A DNA stretch of 64,000 bases, from NCBI GenBank assembly GCA_964234715.1, contig OZ174275.1, one strand, 5' to 3'. The stretch is from Podarcis melisellensis (taxonomy: Eukaryota). The notes beneath the pieces are model-generated. The model was not told the origin of the DNA. It ran no database searches and saw only the letters and a program-made list of their open reading frames with translations. The position numbers were made by a program, and so were the translations under genes. Shown here piece after piece: positions 1 through 12,385 of this stretch; the first letter of the stretch is position 1, and each line of letters begins with the position of its first letter.

Positions 1-379
1 GCTGTGATGGATTTACCAATTCCAGGACCATTCCAGCAAAATGGGGAAAGTTGATGGTGTATTCACTCTGTAACTTTACTGCTGTGCCAGACAGCGCCAG
101 CTTTTGGGTTCCCACACTATCAGCTTGGCTCCGAAGTTTCAATTTTGCCTGAATATATTAGCCTGCCAGGTCTAATAAGTTAGGACAGAATTCATTTGCA
201 GGTCCTTTCTATGCTAATGGAATGCAAAAGAGCATGCCTTAGCTGGCCTGGGACTTGCTAAAGCCTAATTCCCTTTGCTTCCTATCAAGACAATACTGTG
301 TCACTGGTCAGTTGAGAGCCCTGAATTTTTGTGTTGTTTTCCAGTTATTACCAAAGCACGCATACCTAGAGCCACTTTC

Positions 380-1050
380 ATTTTTTAAGTATACATACTT
401 TTTATAAATTCACCAAATGAATACAAATACATATCACCTTATATCAATCAAAAGTGCTTCTGATAAAAAAACTTAAGCTAAACCCACCAGTCAATCAACA
501 GTTCATCTATTAATTATATAAACACATAATAATTATAATCTACTATACATTGAAGATAATCCAATAAACTCTCATTCCTATTTCCAGTACCTCTCAGTAG
601 TATTATATGATAAATACAGTGGTACCTTGTCTTAAGAACTTAATTCGTTCTGAAGGTCTGTTCTTAACCGAAGGTACCACTTTAGTTAATGGGGCCTCCC
701 ACCGCTGCCGCGCAATTTCTGTTCTCATCTGAAGCAAAGTTCTTAACCTGAGGTACTATTTCTGGGTTAGCGGAGACTGTAACCTGAAGCATCTGTAACC
801 TGAAGTGTCTGTAACCCGAGGTACCACTATAATGTGAAATGTAAAACAATTAAAGCTGGCCAGGTAGTTTAAAGTAATGGAAAAACATTTCCACAGTTCA
901 TATTTCTGCTCCCGCTCCTATAGCCTCCAAAAGGCTGCCATTCCTTGACCTTGTCCAGAAGTGTCAGATCCCAAAGACTGCTATACTAATTGATTCCAAT
1001 GTTTAGCATGTCATTGAAGACTAGAATTGGTTTTAGATCCCTGAACCTAC
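380..1050 (-). mobile_element. Highly decayed L1-like LINE 3' end, interrupted by a MITE
   Basis: Minus strand near 915-950 reads VKEWQPFGGY, like the W-x-P-F-x-x-Y end of L1 ORF2. AT-rich 3'UTR-like sequence lies toward 380. Boundaries are approximate. Confidence 0.35.
617..829. mobile_element. Tc1/mariner (Tigger/pogo-like) non-autonomous MITE
   Basis: TA|CAGTGGTACC...GAGGTACCACTA|TA termini with TA TSD and subterminal TCTGTAACCTGAAG repeats. Same family as 12510 and 63030. Confidence 0.85.
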
Positions 1051-1403
1051 TCAAGATTTCTGGGAAAAGGTCTTGGATAAACTGAGCTTGACTGATCCAC
1101 ATGAGTCCTTTGTGTCCATCTCCTCACTAGGATTGGCTAGATTGCTCTTAATTTGGTCTGTTTTCCTATTGTACACGACTGAGAGGCAAGTCTGTTCTGT
1201 CCCATTGTCAAGTATTTGTCTGGATGAGGTCTACCATCCTTTTCTAAATACTATTACCCAGGAAAGGGCACATTGTCACAAATATACTGATGCTTCTAGG
1301 ATCATTTTCAGATGTATTTTGTACACTCACGAGAGGTGTCGTGCTTTGTGACTGCTCCGAGTTGCTATACATATGCCCCCACACCACCTTGTAAATGTTT
1401 ATT

Positions 1404-1530
1404 CAGTGATGGCCCTCCAATTTTTGCTGAAATGCAACTCTCATCAACCCCAGCTAGCAAGGACAACCGTCAGGGATGATGGGAATTGCAGTTCAGCAAC
1501 ATCTAGAGGGTCACAGTAGGGCCACCCCTA
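1404..1530. mobile_element. URR1-like non-autonomous hAT-Charlie element (decayed)
   Basis: Palindromic layout GGCCCTCCA..GCTGAAATGCAACTCTCATCA / TGATGGGAATTGCAGTTCAGCAACATCTAGAGGG. Related copies at 41357 and 54275. Confidence 0.7.
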
Positions 1531-2889
1531 CTGTAAGTAGCTGAAGCATGCAACAGAAAATTTGTAGAACTTAATTTCCTAATCTACACTTTGAGGTAGA
1601 GATGTGAATCAGATAGGTTTGCTCCAAAGTGAGCAGCAAATTAAAATCTCCAGCCATCTAGTGATGCCTGCCTGGCAAAGGTGTTCTGTGGCTATGAATA
1701 ATTTGCTCTTCTTGTTCTCTTTTGGGATTCACTGTAATGCTAAGGGTGCTTGCTCCCTGCTTCTTGGGTGTCTTTTCTGACAGCTCATAAGGAATGAAAA
1801 CTATGACTTATTCCCCCCTTCTCTCTTACCAGCACTCCACTACCTAAAGCATCTACAGTATATTGGTAAACATGCTAGGTTTGGAGCTACCAGCTCCAGA
1901 CTGACCATAGCCTGCCCTTCAACAGAATAAAGCAATTCCTGCAGAGAGGAGAGGTCTTCCCAGTACCAGAGCTTAATTCCAGCATTATTCATTAGGGTTT
2001 ATACAGTGAACATGGCAAATAACTGTCAGGTATGTTTAGAGATACTTGTTGAGAAAGGCTTACTGGCTGAACATGGGCAAGTAAGTATCAAATGTATTCA
2101 AAGATCCTTGTCCCAAGCCAACATGGCAACGCGTGATTGGCTCTGCCCGTGGATATGCCCCTATTGCTGTAAGATTCATGCACAAGGAGAATAGGATTGA
2201 TGCTAGACTATTTCAGGAGATCCAACAATAGTTCACTGCTCTTTGCTCAAGAGATGTTTGAAAGTGATAATGTGGACAGGTTAGGAAAACAATGTAACTT
2301 CTTCTTTGCCTTCCAAGAAAGAAAAGTATTGGGTAACGTGTCCTTTAAACAGGCAGCTTCCTCCTGATTTCATTTCTTTGAAAAAGTTAATATGGGACAG
2401 TCACGGTTTTACAGTTTTAATATGGGACTGAATGTCTGCTGTTTGAAAATATAACTACATGGCGCTGACTCTATACATTATGAATTCATGCTGACTCTTG
2501 CCCATGATCTGATTCTATGTGGATCTCACTTTTAACTGGGAAAAAAGACATTACAATGGATCAAACGTAAATGATTGAGTACGCCCTTTCTTAGTTCATA
2601 TCATCCAATGTAAGAGCTGCACATTTTATATGGATCTGATATATGCAAACATCTGCCAAATTCTGACTTTTACAACCCCTACCTTATAATTAATTGCAAT
2701 TATTCAGACATAATAATCCATGGGAGTTTTGCCACTGAGTAGATAAACTAAGGACTGTTTGCACTCACAACCACCCAGGGAGGTTGGTTGCAAAATCTGA
2801 GCGCTGGGTGGTTGATTGGACTGGACATGACAGTTGTAGTCACTGATGTTTCAGCATGTTTTGATCTTGGGTCAAGGAAATATGGAAAG

Positions 2890-3414
2890 GGTGTGTGGTT
2901 TAGTCATAAGTAATTCTGAGAAACAAAAGGCTTACTTAATATAAGAAGAGACATCATGCAATCACTAACTAGCATCCTGATTCCCACGGTAGTCCTCTCA
3001 ATATATTCTAAAACAAAATTTGATTTTCTCTAATATCCAACTATTCATTAATAGTTATCAGACTGACCCTTGGGGTCGCTTCCATGATTCTGTTCCCTAG
3101 TGTCTGGTTATACGAATTCTATTCCAAATGTCCAACTATTCTATTCTATATTATGTTTTCCCTATATTCTAGTCTATTCCTAATGTCTGACTGTTCTAAA
3201 TATACAGCTATTCCCCTAACAGACCAACTTCTTTGACACACACTCAGTTCCCTCTAAGATCCTTGGCAACTGTACCAATTGAGAGGTTCACACTTAAACT
3301 CTCTTAAAACTAAATCTCTAGCACATATTCTTCCTTTACAGCTGTAGCCCAATAGAGCAGAACATAGCAGGTGTGTATGCCATTGTTTTAACCTTGCATA
3401 ATCTCCATAGTACC
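2890..3414 (-). mobile_element. Probable 3' LTR of the adjacent Gypsy relic
   Basis: On the minus strand it follows the integrase remnant and a purine tract (GAAAGGGAAG) and starts with TG. The distal boundary is uncertain. Confidence 0.35.
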
Positions 3415-3429
3415 ACTTCCCTTTCACCT

Positions 3430-4420
3430 GTATCTCATCCAGCTCACTCCCTTTGTTGTCCATTGGTTTCAGTTAAGTTGCTCTTACCATTTTGTGTTGT
3501 TGTAAATCTTGTGTTGTGTAAATCTTGCACCATTCTGTGCCATCTGGTATCAATATCATGAAATAGTTCTGGAGTAGTGACAACTTTTTTTTAACCTGTA
3601 GTGGTACAACTTTTACTTTCTTTTTTCGTCTATTTTTGCAAGAAGGTAAGGCATGCTTTACTGAAACAACACCATTCAGGAGAAATAGGTATCCTTGTTT
3701 TAATCTTTTTATTAAATTGTAGTTTTCCGAGGGAATGTCCTTGTTTCATAGGAGCCAAGTAGCTACTAATTTCATGGTGCGAAACAATGATCACCACCAA
3801 ACTCCAATGCTTTCTTTTATAACCTCTTCATTAGGTTATAAAAGCCCATTAGGTTGTGGGTACCTCGAAGTAGAATTTTTGTGACCAAGTTTATTTTTGT
3901 CAGCAAAATACTGAAAATCATGCTATTGGCCCTCTCTGTTTCAAGATTCCTATGGCATGTTGATGTTATGCAAGAGTTCGCATAACAGCATACAGTGTTT
4001 TCAAAGAGGACATTGTGACTTAAGTTAGCCATGCCCATTAATTGTAAATGGTCTACTCTGACATGACAAACATTGGATGGAATCCTTAGAGCTTATTCTA
4101 TGTCAGCTTTCACACTGGCCAATATAATACATCCTATGCTTTTCTTTCACAAGGCCTGTATCTTCAAGCCCTTCATGCATGTTTGTATCAGTCTTTTCAG
4201 TAATGCTTCGGGCGCAACCAACCCTGTGCCTTTCAACAAGTGCCATATAGTACAGATAATTCTTCTTCTTTTTGGCTATTAGGGCTGGGTATGTGAATCC
4301 CAGACCAGCCGTAGGTTTTCATGAGCTTTGGCTATATATGATCTTCATTTGTAGCTCCTGCAAAGATTGGCAACATTTTATCTGAGATAGGAAATTATTA
4401 TTTTTAAATAAGTTTGACAT
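3430..4420 (-). mobile_element. Decayed Gypsy/Ty3 LTR retrotransposon pol fragment (integrase region)
   Basis: Minus-strand motifs in the expected order, with frameshifts: EELSV, LLKGTGLVAPEALLKRLIQT (4181-4239), HEG (4169-4177), YWP (4116-4124), ADIE (4096-4107), GHKNSTSRYPQPNG (3845-3886). These match the Gypsy LLRGxRLVVP..HEGH..YWPGM..DIE and HxTSSPYYPQSNG motifs. Confidence 0.7.
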
Positions 4421-4570
4421 GGATATGACAATTCTCTCTGTGACTTCACATTTTGTCCTGTCCAAAGGCTCTGGATATTACATGGCCATCAGCAGATCCT
4501 TCAAAGGATTCCATGCTATGGTTATGTAGCTACTTTGGAAAAGCAGTCTTTGTGACCAAGGAAATGTCCC

Positions 4571-4625
4571 TTCTCCTCCTCCTCCTCCTCCTCCTCCTCC
4601 TCCTCCTCCTCCTCCTTCTTCCTCC
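4571..4625. repeat. (CTC)n microsatellite
   Basis: Directly visible. Confidence 0.95.
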
Positions 4626-5727
4626 TATTGAAATCAATGGCATATGATTGCTTTAAGGCAAGTGTTACACACAATAATATAGGAAATCTGTGCCTGAACA
4701 TTGTGATTCCACCATGGCTTTGAACTATAATAGGCGAATTTAGGATTGCAGCCCAAGAGTTCTAACTTTTATGACGAACATTCACGAGCTACCTTTCCAG
4801 GACTCTGCAGTCATGGTTGGTTTTGAAAATGAACATTTTCCACAGAACAGCCACAAATACAAATAAGTAATTTCCCTGCCTTTGATATCATCTCGGGTAA
4901 TGCTGCCATTAATAAACATTGTTCCGACAATGTTGCTGGTGATTCTTTCTTGCTTTCTGCATCTTGTTGAAGAGCGTGGCCATTGAGCCCAGCTAGTTTG
5001 CCTACCGCAAATGATTGTTGAATGAAAGAGAACTTCCTAGTTAACATTTTGCAACAATGTATTAAGTTACTTTCAATTAAAGTTTTCTATATGCGTGGAA
5101 AATGTGTAATGAATAAATCAGTAAAGACCACATAATGAAAGCCTATTAGCAGGGTGAATATATTCTTGTAACTCAAATTTCTATACCACTTTGCTATTAT
5201 CTCCCATCAGAAGAGAAAGTACAATTACCAATTTTTATCTTATCTTGGACTTATTATTAAAGAGTAGTAAAGGAAACTTCATTCCAGAAGCTGTAATATG
5301 ATTTTTGATTAATAGTGGGATTTTTATGTGACAAGAATATTTCTCTTAGGCAAAGTATGCACATGTATTTTTGCCTGAACTGACTTGTTTCTGGCAGGGC
5401 TTTTCACTGACAGTAAGAAGTTGTGTTATTGTATAAGTCGATGCGCTGGTGTATTTGTATACATAGAGCAGATTATATCTCTAATACATCTTGTACTATA
5501 ATATGCTGTCGAGTTATAGAATGCAGCAGATTCTAATCAATGTAAACTCATCAAAAAAACAAACTCTGCTAAAAACCAACTATGGTAGCTGTTCGTCCCA
5601 CCTTCTAAATCGGTTTAAAAGGTGCCCCCCCCAAACCCCTCCATCTTTGCTTGAAATTTTCCAAAGAAGTTCATATTGTTAAAGGTGTATAGGTATGAGA
5701 AATATATTACTTATATTGGGAACTAGG

Positions 5728-5747
5728 GTGTGTGTGTGTGTGTGTGT
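5728..5747. repeat. (GT)n microsatellite
   Basis: Directly visible. Confidence 0.95.
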
Positions 5748-6275
5748 AGGGCTGGCATATGTCATTTCCCTAAACCCTTTTAAAATATGGGATTTTAGCC
5801 TTTAAAATGCTTCCTCAATTGGCAAGGAAAAAACTCCCTGACAATTCTGTATTTTGCCAACTCTTGCTGCAATCAAACTAATTAAAAAACACAAAAACAA
5901 TAAATATAAGTTGAATAAACGTGAACAATTAGGGTCCTGCCCAAGGTGGCTATTTTATGTCACAGTTTCCAATGCCTTAGCAATAATTTACTGTTAAGGA
6001 GAGGAGATTTGTCTGAAGCTGGTGCACTGCTCTAGATCAGTCACCAATTCTACATGCACATATATATTGTAACTTTTCTTTGCAAAATACATAGAAGCAG
6101 AGGCCCAATTTTTTTTTTGCGCATTTTGCAGAGGAAAGACCAGCAAAATTTCTATCCTAATTTAACCCATGAGTTGAATGGGGTTCACTCTCAGGTAACT
6201 GGGATAGGACTGAAACAAGATAGGCATCATTCCTCAATGACAGGAAACATTCTGATTTTCTACTTGGCTAGGATT

Positions 6276-6631
6276 AAGGTAAAGGTAAAGGGACCCCTGA
6301 CCATTAGGTCCAGTCGTGGCCGGCTCTGGGGTTGCAGCACTCATCTCAATTTATTGGCCGAGGGAGCCGGCATACAGCTTCCAGGTCATGTGACCAGCAT
6401 GACTAGGCTGCTTCTGGCAAACCAGAGCAGTGCATGGAAACACCGTTTACCTTCTCGCTGGAGCGGTACCTATTTATCTACTTGCACTTTGACGAGCTTT
6501 CGAACTGCTAGGTTGGCAGGAGCAGGGACTGAGGAACGGGAGCTCACCCCGTCGCGGGGATTCGAACCACTGACCTTCTGATCGGCAAGTCTTAGGCTCT
6601 GCGGTTTAACCCACAGAGCCACCCACATCCT
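6276..6631 (-). mobile_element. Sauria SINE (Squam1/POM-type), full length
   Basis: tRNA-like head with GGTTCGAATCCC B box and (ACCTTT)n tail on the minus strand. TSD ACTTGGCTAGGA at 6262-6273 and 6633-6644. Confidence 0.93.
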
Positions 6632-6679
6632 GACTTGGCTAGGAGTACTTAATTACAAAAGAAGCATTTACGGTACTTC

Positions 6680-6790
6680 AGTGGTCAAGTAGCTCTCTGT
6701 CTCAGTTTTTCTTCCATAAAGTAGGAACTGCTTCACAAGGTTGTTCTGTGCACAAATGAGATAGAGATCGTTAAGCAATTTGTTCGCTGA
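6680..6790 (+). mobile_element. MIR/CORE-SINE fragment
   Basis: CTCAGTTTTTCTTCCATAAA...CTTCACAAGGTTGTT...AAATGAGATA resembles the CORE domain. Confidence 0.45.
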
Positions 6791-7573
6791 AAAAGAGATA
6801 AAAATGATTTAGAACAAGTGATTTTATCTGCATGTTGCAATAAGTGAAGTTGCAGGTTGCTACTTAACCAGGTACACAGCTAACTATATTACAGCTAAGA
6901 GACCTATTATTGAGGTTTATGCATAGGATAATAAAATTGTGTGAGAGGCTAGAACAAGCACTTCTAGATGAAAATCCTACTCTCTAGCTGCAAGATGCAC
7001 CATAAGGGAAGTAAAAGCAACCAACATTTGCAGGGTTCTAAGCATCAATCAGGTAAGCATTCTATAGAACTTTGTTGATTCAAAATCCTGTAATAATTAC
7101 CCCAAATAATACTTTAAATTGACATGATGCTGCAGAATAAATGATTAAATGAATGCATTTTTTAAAAAAATGAAAAATTACCCGCCCTTTCTTCACCAGC
7201 AATGAAGTTCCTCCCGGATCATTTCTGTTTCTTCTTCATTCATCACCCTGCTCTTCCAGTCATGTATTTATCTGTACATTTCATTTCAATGTGAAGGTTT
7301 GGGGGAACACTTGAGATGCTGCACCACACTTTCAAGAGTGTCCCTTGGGAGACCCTGACGAGAGCAGTCAAAGTCCCACCTCCCTGCCACCAAAAGCAAA
7401 AATCTAAAACAAAAATAGGCTTCTTTTTCAACGATTGCATGGCTGCAAGCAGATAGGGAGAGATGAACTCATTTCTTTTCCAAAGTGCCATGAAAGATGT
7501 GCAGTCATAAGACCTCAGTGTTTATTGGTTTGTCCTGCTTACTCTTACTATCATCTGTTTCCTCCTCCTCATT

Positions 7574-7594
7574 TGTGTGTGTGTGTGCGCGCGG

Positions 7595-7621
<27 letters not shown>
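7574..7621. repeat. Compound (TG)n-(CG)n-(CA)n self-complementary microsatellite
   Basis: Directly visible. Confidence 0.9.
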
Positions 7622-7626
<5 letters not shown>

Positions 7627-8003
7627 ACTCTCCCTATTGTCTTACAGCATATCCACCCAGCAGACAAGGGTCTCTTTGCAGAGCTGGTAATCCAAGCCAA
7701 TGAATCACAGCCCCTGCAATTTACATGAAAGAGACATATGCCACATATTCCCTGCTCAAAACCAGTACAAAAGCCAGGCACAGATTGACTCCTCTTGTCT
7801 TAGAATTTCACCGGGAGGGAAAGCCAACTTAATGATTATGATCTTTTAATTAATGCCGCATTTAACTTAACATGAAACAAAAGTGTTTGGGTTGAGGTTG
7901 ACAACATTGACTTTTAAAGAAGGGGGAGGGCTATGTTAATCACAGCCCACAGATTTTTAACTGGGATACAAAGGGCATACAGTAAAGTCCAATTGTGCCC
8001 AAG

Positions 8004-8028
8004 CACACACACACACACACACACACAC
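8004..8028. repeat. (CA)n microsatellite
   Basis: Directly visible. Confidence 0.95.
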
Positions 8029-8589
8029 CAGGGCTTGCAAGGAGAGAGGACTGCCAACCATTTATATGGAACACCTCCGCTTGTGGAATGAAATGCACCC
8101 GTGGGGGTGGGGTGGAATATGCCACTGCAAAGACTAAACAAAAGGACACATGCATGCTCTTACCGCTCCAAACATTTCCAAACAAAGATAAAAGAATGAA
8201 CTCCATTCTATACAACCCAAAGGTATTTTAATGATGATTTTATCAGAACAGGTACAGTAGCTTTGTCACCTTTAAACACACACACACAACAACAACAACA
8301 ACCATAATTCAAATCAAGGCTACCATGAAAATAGCTGTTCGCTAGAATGATAATCTGTGCTATTCACTTAACTACCCACAAGGCAATCTTATGAAAAAAT
8401 ATTTTTAAAAGTGATTGTCCTACAGGTGTGAGAAGATCAGAATGGCCAGTATTCATCTTAGAGTAGTGGCCACTTCTAGTAGGGTGGCCATGTGTCCCAT
8501 TTTGCAAAGGGGAGAGTCATTTGTATGATGAGCTCCCCAGAAGTCAAGCCTAAAGACAACCAACCATTCCAAAGGAGAGTAGGGGATCT

Positions 8590-8710
8590 AAGTTTGTTTA
8601 TTTTTAATTTTTTTCTTACATTTGTATACCACCCTTCATCTGAAGATCACAGGGCAGTTAACGACATAAAAATACAATGGACAAAATACATAATAAAATG
8701 AGAACAAATC
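8590..8710 (-). mobile_element. L2 LINE 3' terminal fragment
   Basis: TTTGTATACCACCCTTCATC...CAGGGCAGTTAAC matches the L2 3' end seen at 35560-35615. Confidence 0.5.
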
Positions 8711-9165
8711 CAAAGTTGCCTGTTAATAGCCCCTGGGCAGCAGACTGAACTGCATCCACACAGGAAACCTGCTCAGTCTTCCACACTATGATGTGATGTA
8801 TTGCACTGCTATTGAAATGACAGTAGTCCCTTCTCCTAAATTTACATCTACACTCATAAATTAGCAGGCTTAAATATTATGCAGACCTGTACCCCCTTTT
8901 GTCCTCATGTTTGGTGATTCATAAGTGACCACCTAACCTCAGGGAGAAGTGGCAGCCATTGAAAATCAGCTGACAGTCAGCCACTAACACAATTCTTGGT
9001 CACCAAAAGACAGAGGGATGACATGTGATAGTAGCAGCAGTGGGGAATTAGGTATACGTATCCCCATGTTAAGGATATCATAGGTTATCAGGCCTATGAG
9101 GAATCCAGGGGCAATGAAAAAGGATGCAGTCTTTCCATCTTTGTGTGCATGTATGTAGCTATATA

Positions 9166-9513
9166 GGGACACGGGTGGCACTGTGGGTTAAACCACAGAG
9201 CCTAGGACTTGCCGATCAGAAGGTTGGCGGTTCGAATCCCTGCGAAGAGGTGAGCTCCTGTTGCTCGGTCCCAGCTTCTACCAACCTAGCAGTTCGAAAG
9301 CACGTCAAAGTGCAAGTAGATAAATAGGTACCACTACGGCGGGAAGGTAAATGGTGTTTCTGTGTGCTGCTCTGGTTCACCAGAAGTGGCTGTCACGCTG
9401 ACCCGGAAGCTGTACACCGGCTCCCTTGGCCAGTAAAGCGAGATGAGTGCCGCAACCCCAGAGTTGGCCACAACTGGACCTAATGGTCAGGGGCCCCTTC
9501 ACCTTTACCTATG
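9166..9513 (+). mobile_element. Sauria SINE (Squam1/POM-type), full length
   Basis: GGGACACGGGTGGCACTGTGGGTTAAACC head, GGTTCGAATCCC B box and ACCTTTACCT tail abutting the assembly gap. Confidence 0.93.
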
Positions 9514-9514
9514 T

Positions 9515-9812
9515 NNNNNNNNNNNNNNNNNNNNNNNNNNNNNNNNNNNNNNNNNNNNNNNNNNNNNNNNNNNNNNNNNNNNNNNNNNNNNNNNNNNNNN
9601 NNNNNNNNNNNNNNNNNNNNNNNNNNNNNNNNNNNNNNNNNNNNNNNNNNNNNNNNNNNNNNNNNNNNNNNNNNNNNNNNNNNNNNNNNNNNNNNNNNNN
9701 NNNNNNNNNNNNNNNNNNNNNNNNNNNNNNNNNNNNNNNNNNNNNNNNNNNNNNNNNNNNNNNNNNNNNNNNNNNNNNNNNNNNNNNNNNNNNNNNNNNN
9801 NNNNNNNNNNNN
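9515..9812. other. Assembly gap (298 N)
   Basis: Run of N. Confidence 1.
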
Positions 9813-10001
9813 TTACGAACGCGATCCCTTTCGGGGTGCCGTCCGCACCCCAAAAAGTCCATAAGTAGAGTGCTGCTATTGTGTGTGTGCGAAGCGAGAT
9901 AGAGTGCTTCTGCACATGTGCAAAGCGTGCAGATTGCTTCTGTGCGTGCGCAGAACCTGAAAATCAGCAACATGAAGCGAAGGCAAACAGAGGTATTACT
10001 G
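9813..10001. mobile_element. Tc1/mariner-like MITE, right part (left end in gap)
   Basis: Ends GAGGTATTACTG|TA like the other Tigger-type MITEs, with a different interior of GCGCATGTGC-like repeats. Confidence 0.6.
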
Positions 10002-10083
10002 TATCTATCATCTATCTATATCTATCTATCTAATCTATCTATCTATATCTATCTAATCTATCATCTATCTATCTATCATCTAT
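10002..10083. repeat. (TATC)n / (GATA)n tetranucleotide repeat
   Basis: Directly visible; begins at the TA TSD of the MITE. Confidence 0.95.
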
Positions 10084-12252
10084 GTAAACCCTTGTAAAAA
10101 AATCGGTGATATAGTCTTGCGAAAGAAGTAACAAACCACTATGCAAATTACTGAGAATGTTACTGATCTAAAGTAACCCGTTGATCTTTGACTAGTGGAT
10201 CATGAACTTTAAGGGCATTGGTACCATTTTCTTTCTTTTTAAGAGAGGCAAGAGAAGTAGAAACACAGGAGAAAAGAGGTGATGGCAAAGAAACAAAAGT
10301 ATAACCACAAGCCAAATAAAGACTGGCATATATAGCAAAAGTAAATAAACATAAATCACACAGTTAATGTTGGAGTAAGAGTTGGGATCTGGGTCTGCAA
10401 CTCATGAACTGCAGAGAAAACTGATAGAGCTTCTTTTTGTGGATTCTGTCTTCCCATCTTCAGATTTTATGGAAGAATTTTATGGGAATGCATGGAGTGT
10501 TTCACAACACAGTTCACCAACTATTTAGGCTATACCGTTAGGATTTAAGCTACTGTAGTTAATGGCACTTAAATGAGATTAAATCGAAGTATTCTTCACT
10601 TTAAAACAGGCTTATGGATCAGGCTGCCCAAGATAAGATAAGTTCAAGGATAAGGCCTCTGTTGATGTGGCTGTCAGATAGTTTGTTATATATCCCACTT
10701 AACCCTAGAGTTCATAGGTCTTGCAAGTCAGTGTGAAGCGGTTTAATCTCTGCTATTGTTGTGGGAGAGGCTTACATGAATGACCCCTTTTAATACTTGC
10801 AAATCGCCCTCCCCCTGACACCTCACTTCCAACATTACAGAAAAGTTGCTGACAAATACCACCATCTCCATATCAGCAGACAACCTGGATATCTATATCA
10901 TTCAGAAAAGCAACTTATTAATTTATTTCTTTAGATTTATCCCCCCTGACTTGCATAGGGATAGAACTAGCAGAATAGCCATGCATTACTCAATGTAATG
11001 GGTGACATTCAATGTTTGTTATTCCCAGAGTAGACCCTCTGAAATCAGTAAGTAATCAGTAAGAAATCTAGGTAATCGTGACCTGGCTAGATGTCACCCA
11101 GTTTCTAAATATTGGGGTATATCCAATGTTTCATACCTCCTTGAAAAATGGCTGTCTTGTTTTAGTATATCTCCATCATGAAGTTCAGAATGTAACGGTA
11201 TACTTACAATGAATTTCAAAAACGAAATAAATATAATTTGGGGGTTTACTAACTTTCTTACACCTATGGAAAACTCACACTAGACTCTGAAAGGTATTAT
11301 AGTAGGGGAATAAGAAAGAAAATAATTACAGTTTGCGTTGCAAGCTTGGTTAGTGGCTTTTCCACAGTCTTTAGTACCTACTAATTTGAAAGGCATATTT
11401 TATTTTTAAAAGCAGGCAGCATAACCACTGTGAGAAATGGATCAAACAGTCTGATCTTGTTTACTCAGTACATTCCACTGAATTCAGTGATACTTACTCC
11501 CAAATAAGTATTCCTAGGACAGTAGCCAGGGTAGGCTTCAATCATGTGGTAATTATGGATGACCTCAGGACACAAAATGAATACAAGCAACTAAAATATA
11601 AATGAAATCTGCCTATATTATTCTAGAAGTCTATGAAATAGCTCTCCCCTGCCAGATTTTTTGAAAATAAAAAATGGCAAGGACAGAATGAGTACTAACT
11701 TTATTTCAGTACTCCAGACGAAATTTCCAGAAAGGCAATACATGCCTTTGTATTTAGTGTGGCTTCTACAGGGTTGTTTTTTTTCACATTTAAGGGAGTC
11801 ATGAATGAATGGCATATTTCTCAGAGCTGAGAAACAATTATGGCTCCTAAAGGGCATTTGTTTGTGCCCACCAAAGCCCAGCTCTGTTACCAGTGTATCA
11901 TAGGGCTCTGGTCGTCTTTTGTGTGTGTGTGTAAAATTTATTGAACACTTAGAATTACAGTAATAAAACGGTATAATTATAAGACATCAACCATCCACAA
12001 CAAACAACCATCTATCACATATTTCATTTATACTTACCATATATATCCACACTCATTTTTCTCTAACACCATCAAAAACTTCATCCAATGCTGAAAAAAG
12101 AGGAGGAAAACAAAACCAACAAAAACTAGCAGAGATCTGGTAGCTTCTGTGGTGATGTTATTCTCACACCGCTTCTGGTAAGAATGGATGGCTCATAAAC
12201 CAGAAACATTGATACCTCCCATGCTAGTTCTGCCTGGTGTGGGAAGTAACCC

Positions 12253-12385
12253 ACTGTGGTGTAGTGGCTAGAGGGTTGGTCTAAGATGTAGGATACCAGG
12301 GTTCAAATCCCCACTGAGTAATGTCCACCTGGGTGTCCTTGGGCCCCCCTCACCCACCATCTCTCAGCCTAATTTACCTCACAGG
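12253..12385 (+). mobile_element. Older tRNA-derived CORE-type SINE, 5' part (Squam3/MIR-like)
   Basis: TGTGGTGTAGTGG A box, GGTTCAAATCCC B box and CTCTCAGCCTAATTTACCTCACAGG; truncated by a hAT-like insertion. Confidence 0.65.

Noticed and set aside
4453-4647. Poly-Leu membrane-like ORF; also HT/CV-repeat ORFs at 7435-8231 and FLSF ORFs at 45842 and 51148
   Set aside because: Translations of microsatellites
6054-6581. Longest ORF (175 aa) and similar ORFs at 21557 and 9124
   Set aside because: These are read-throughs of Sauria SINE sequence, not genes
9443-9973. ORFs of 117-154 aa
   Set aside because: Artefacts of the N gap
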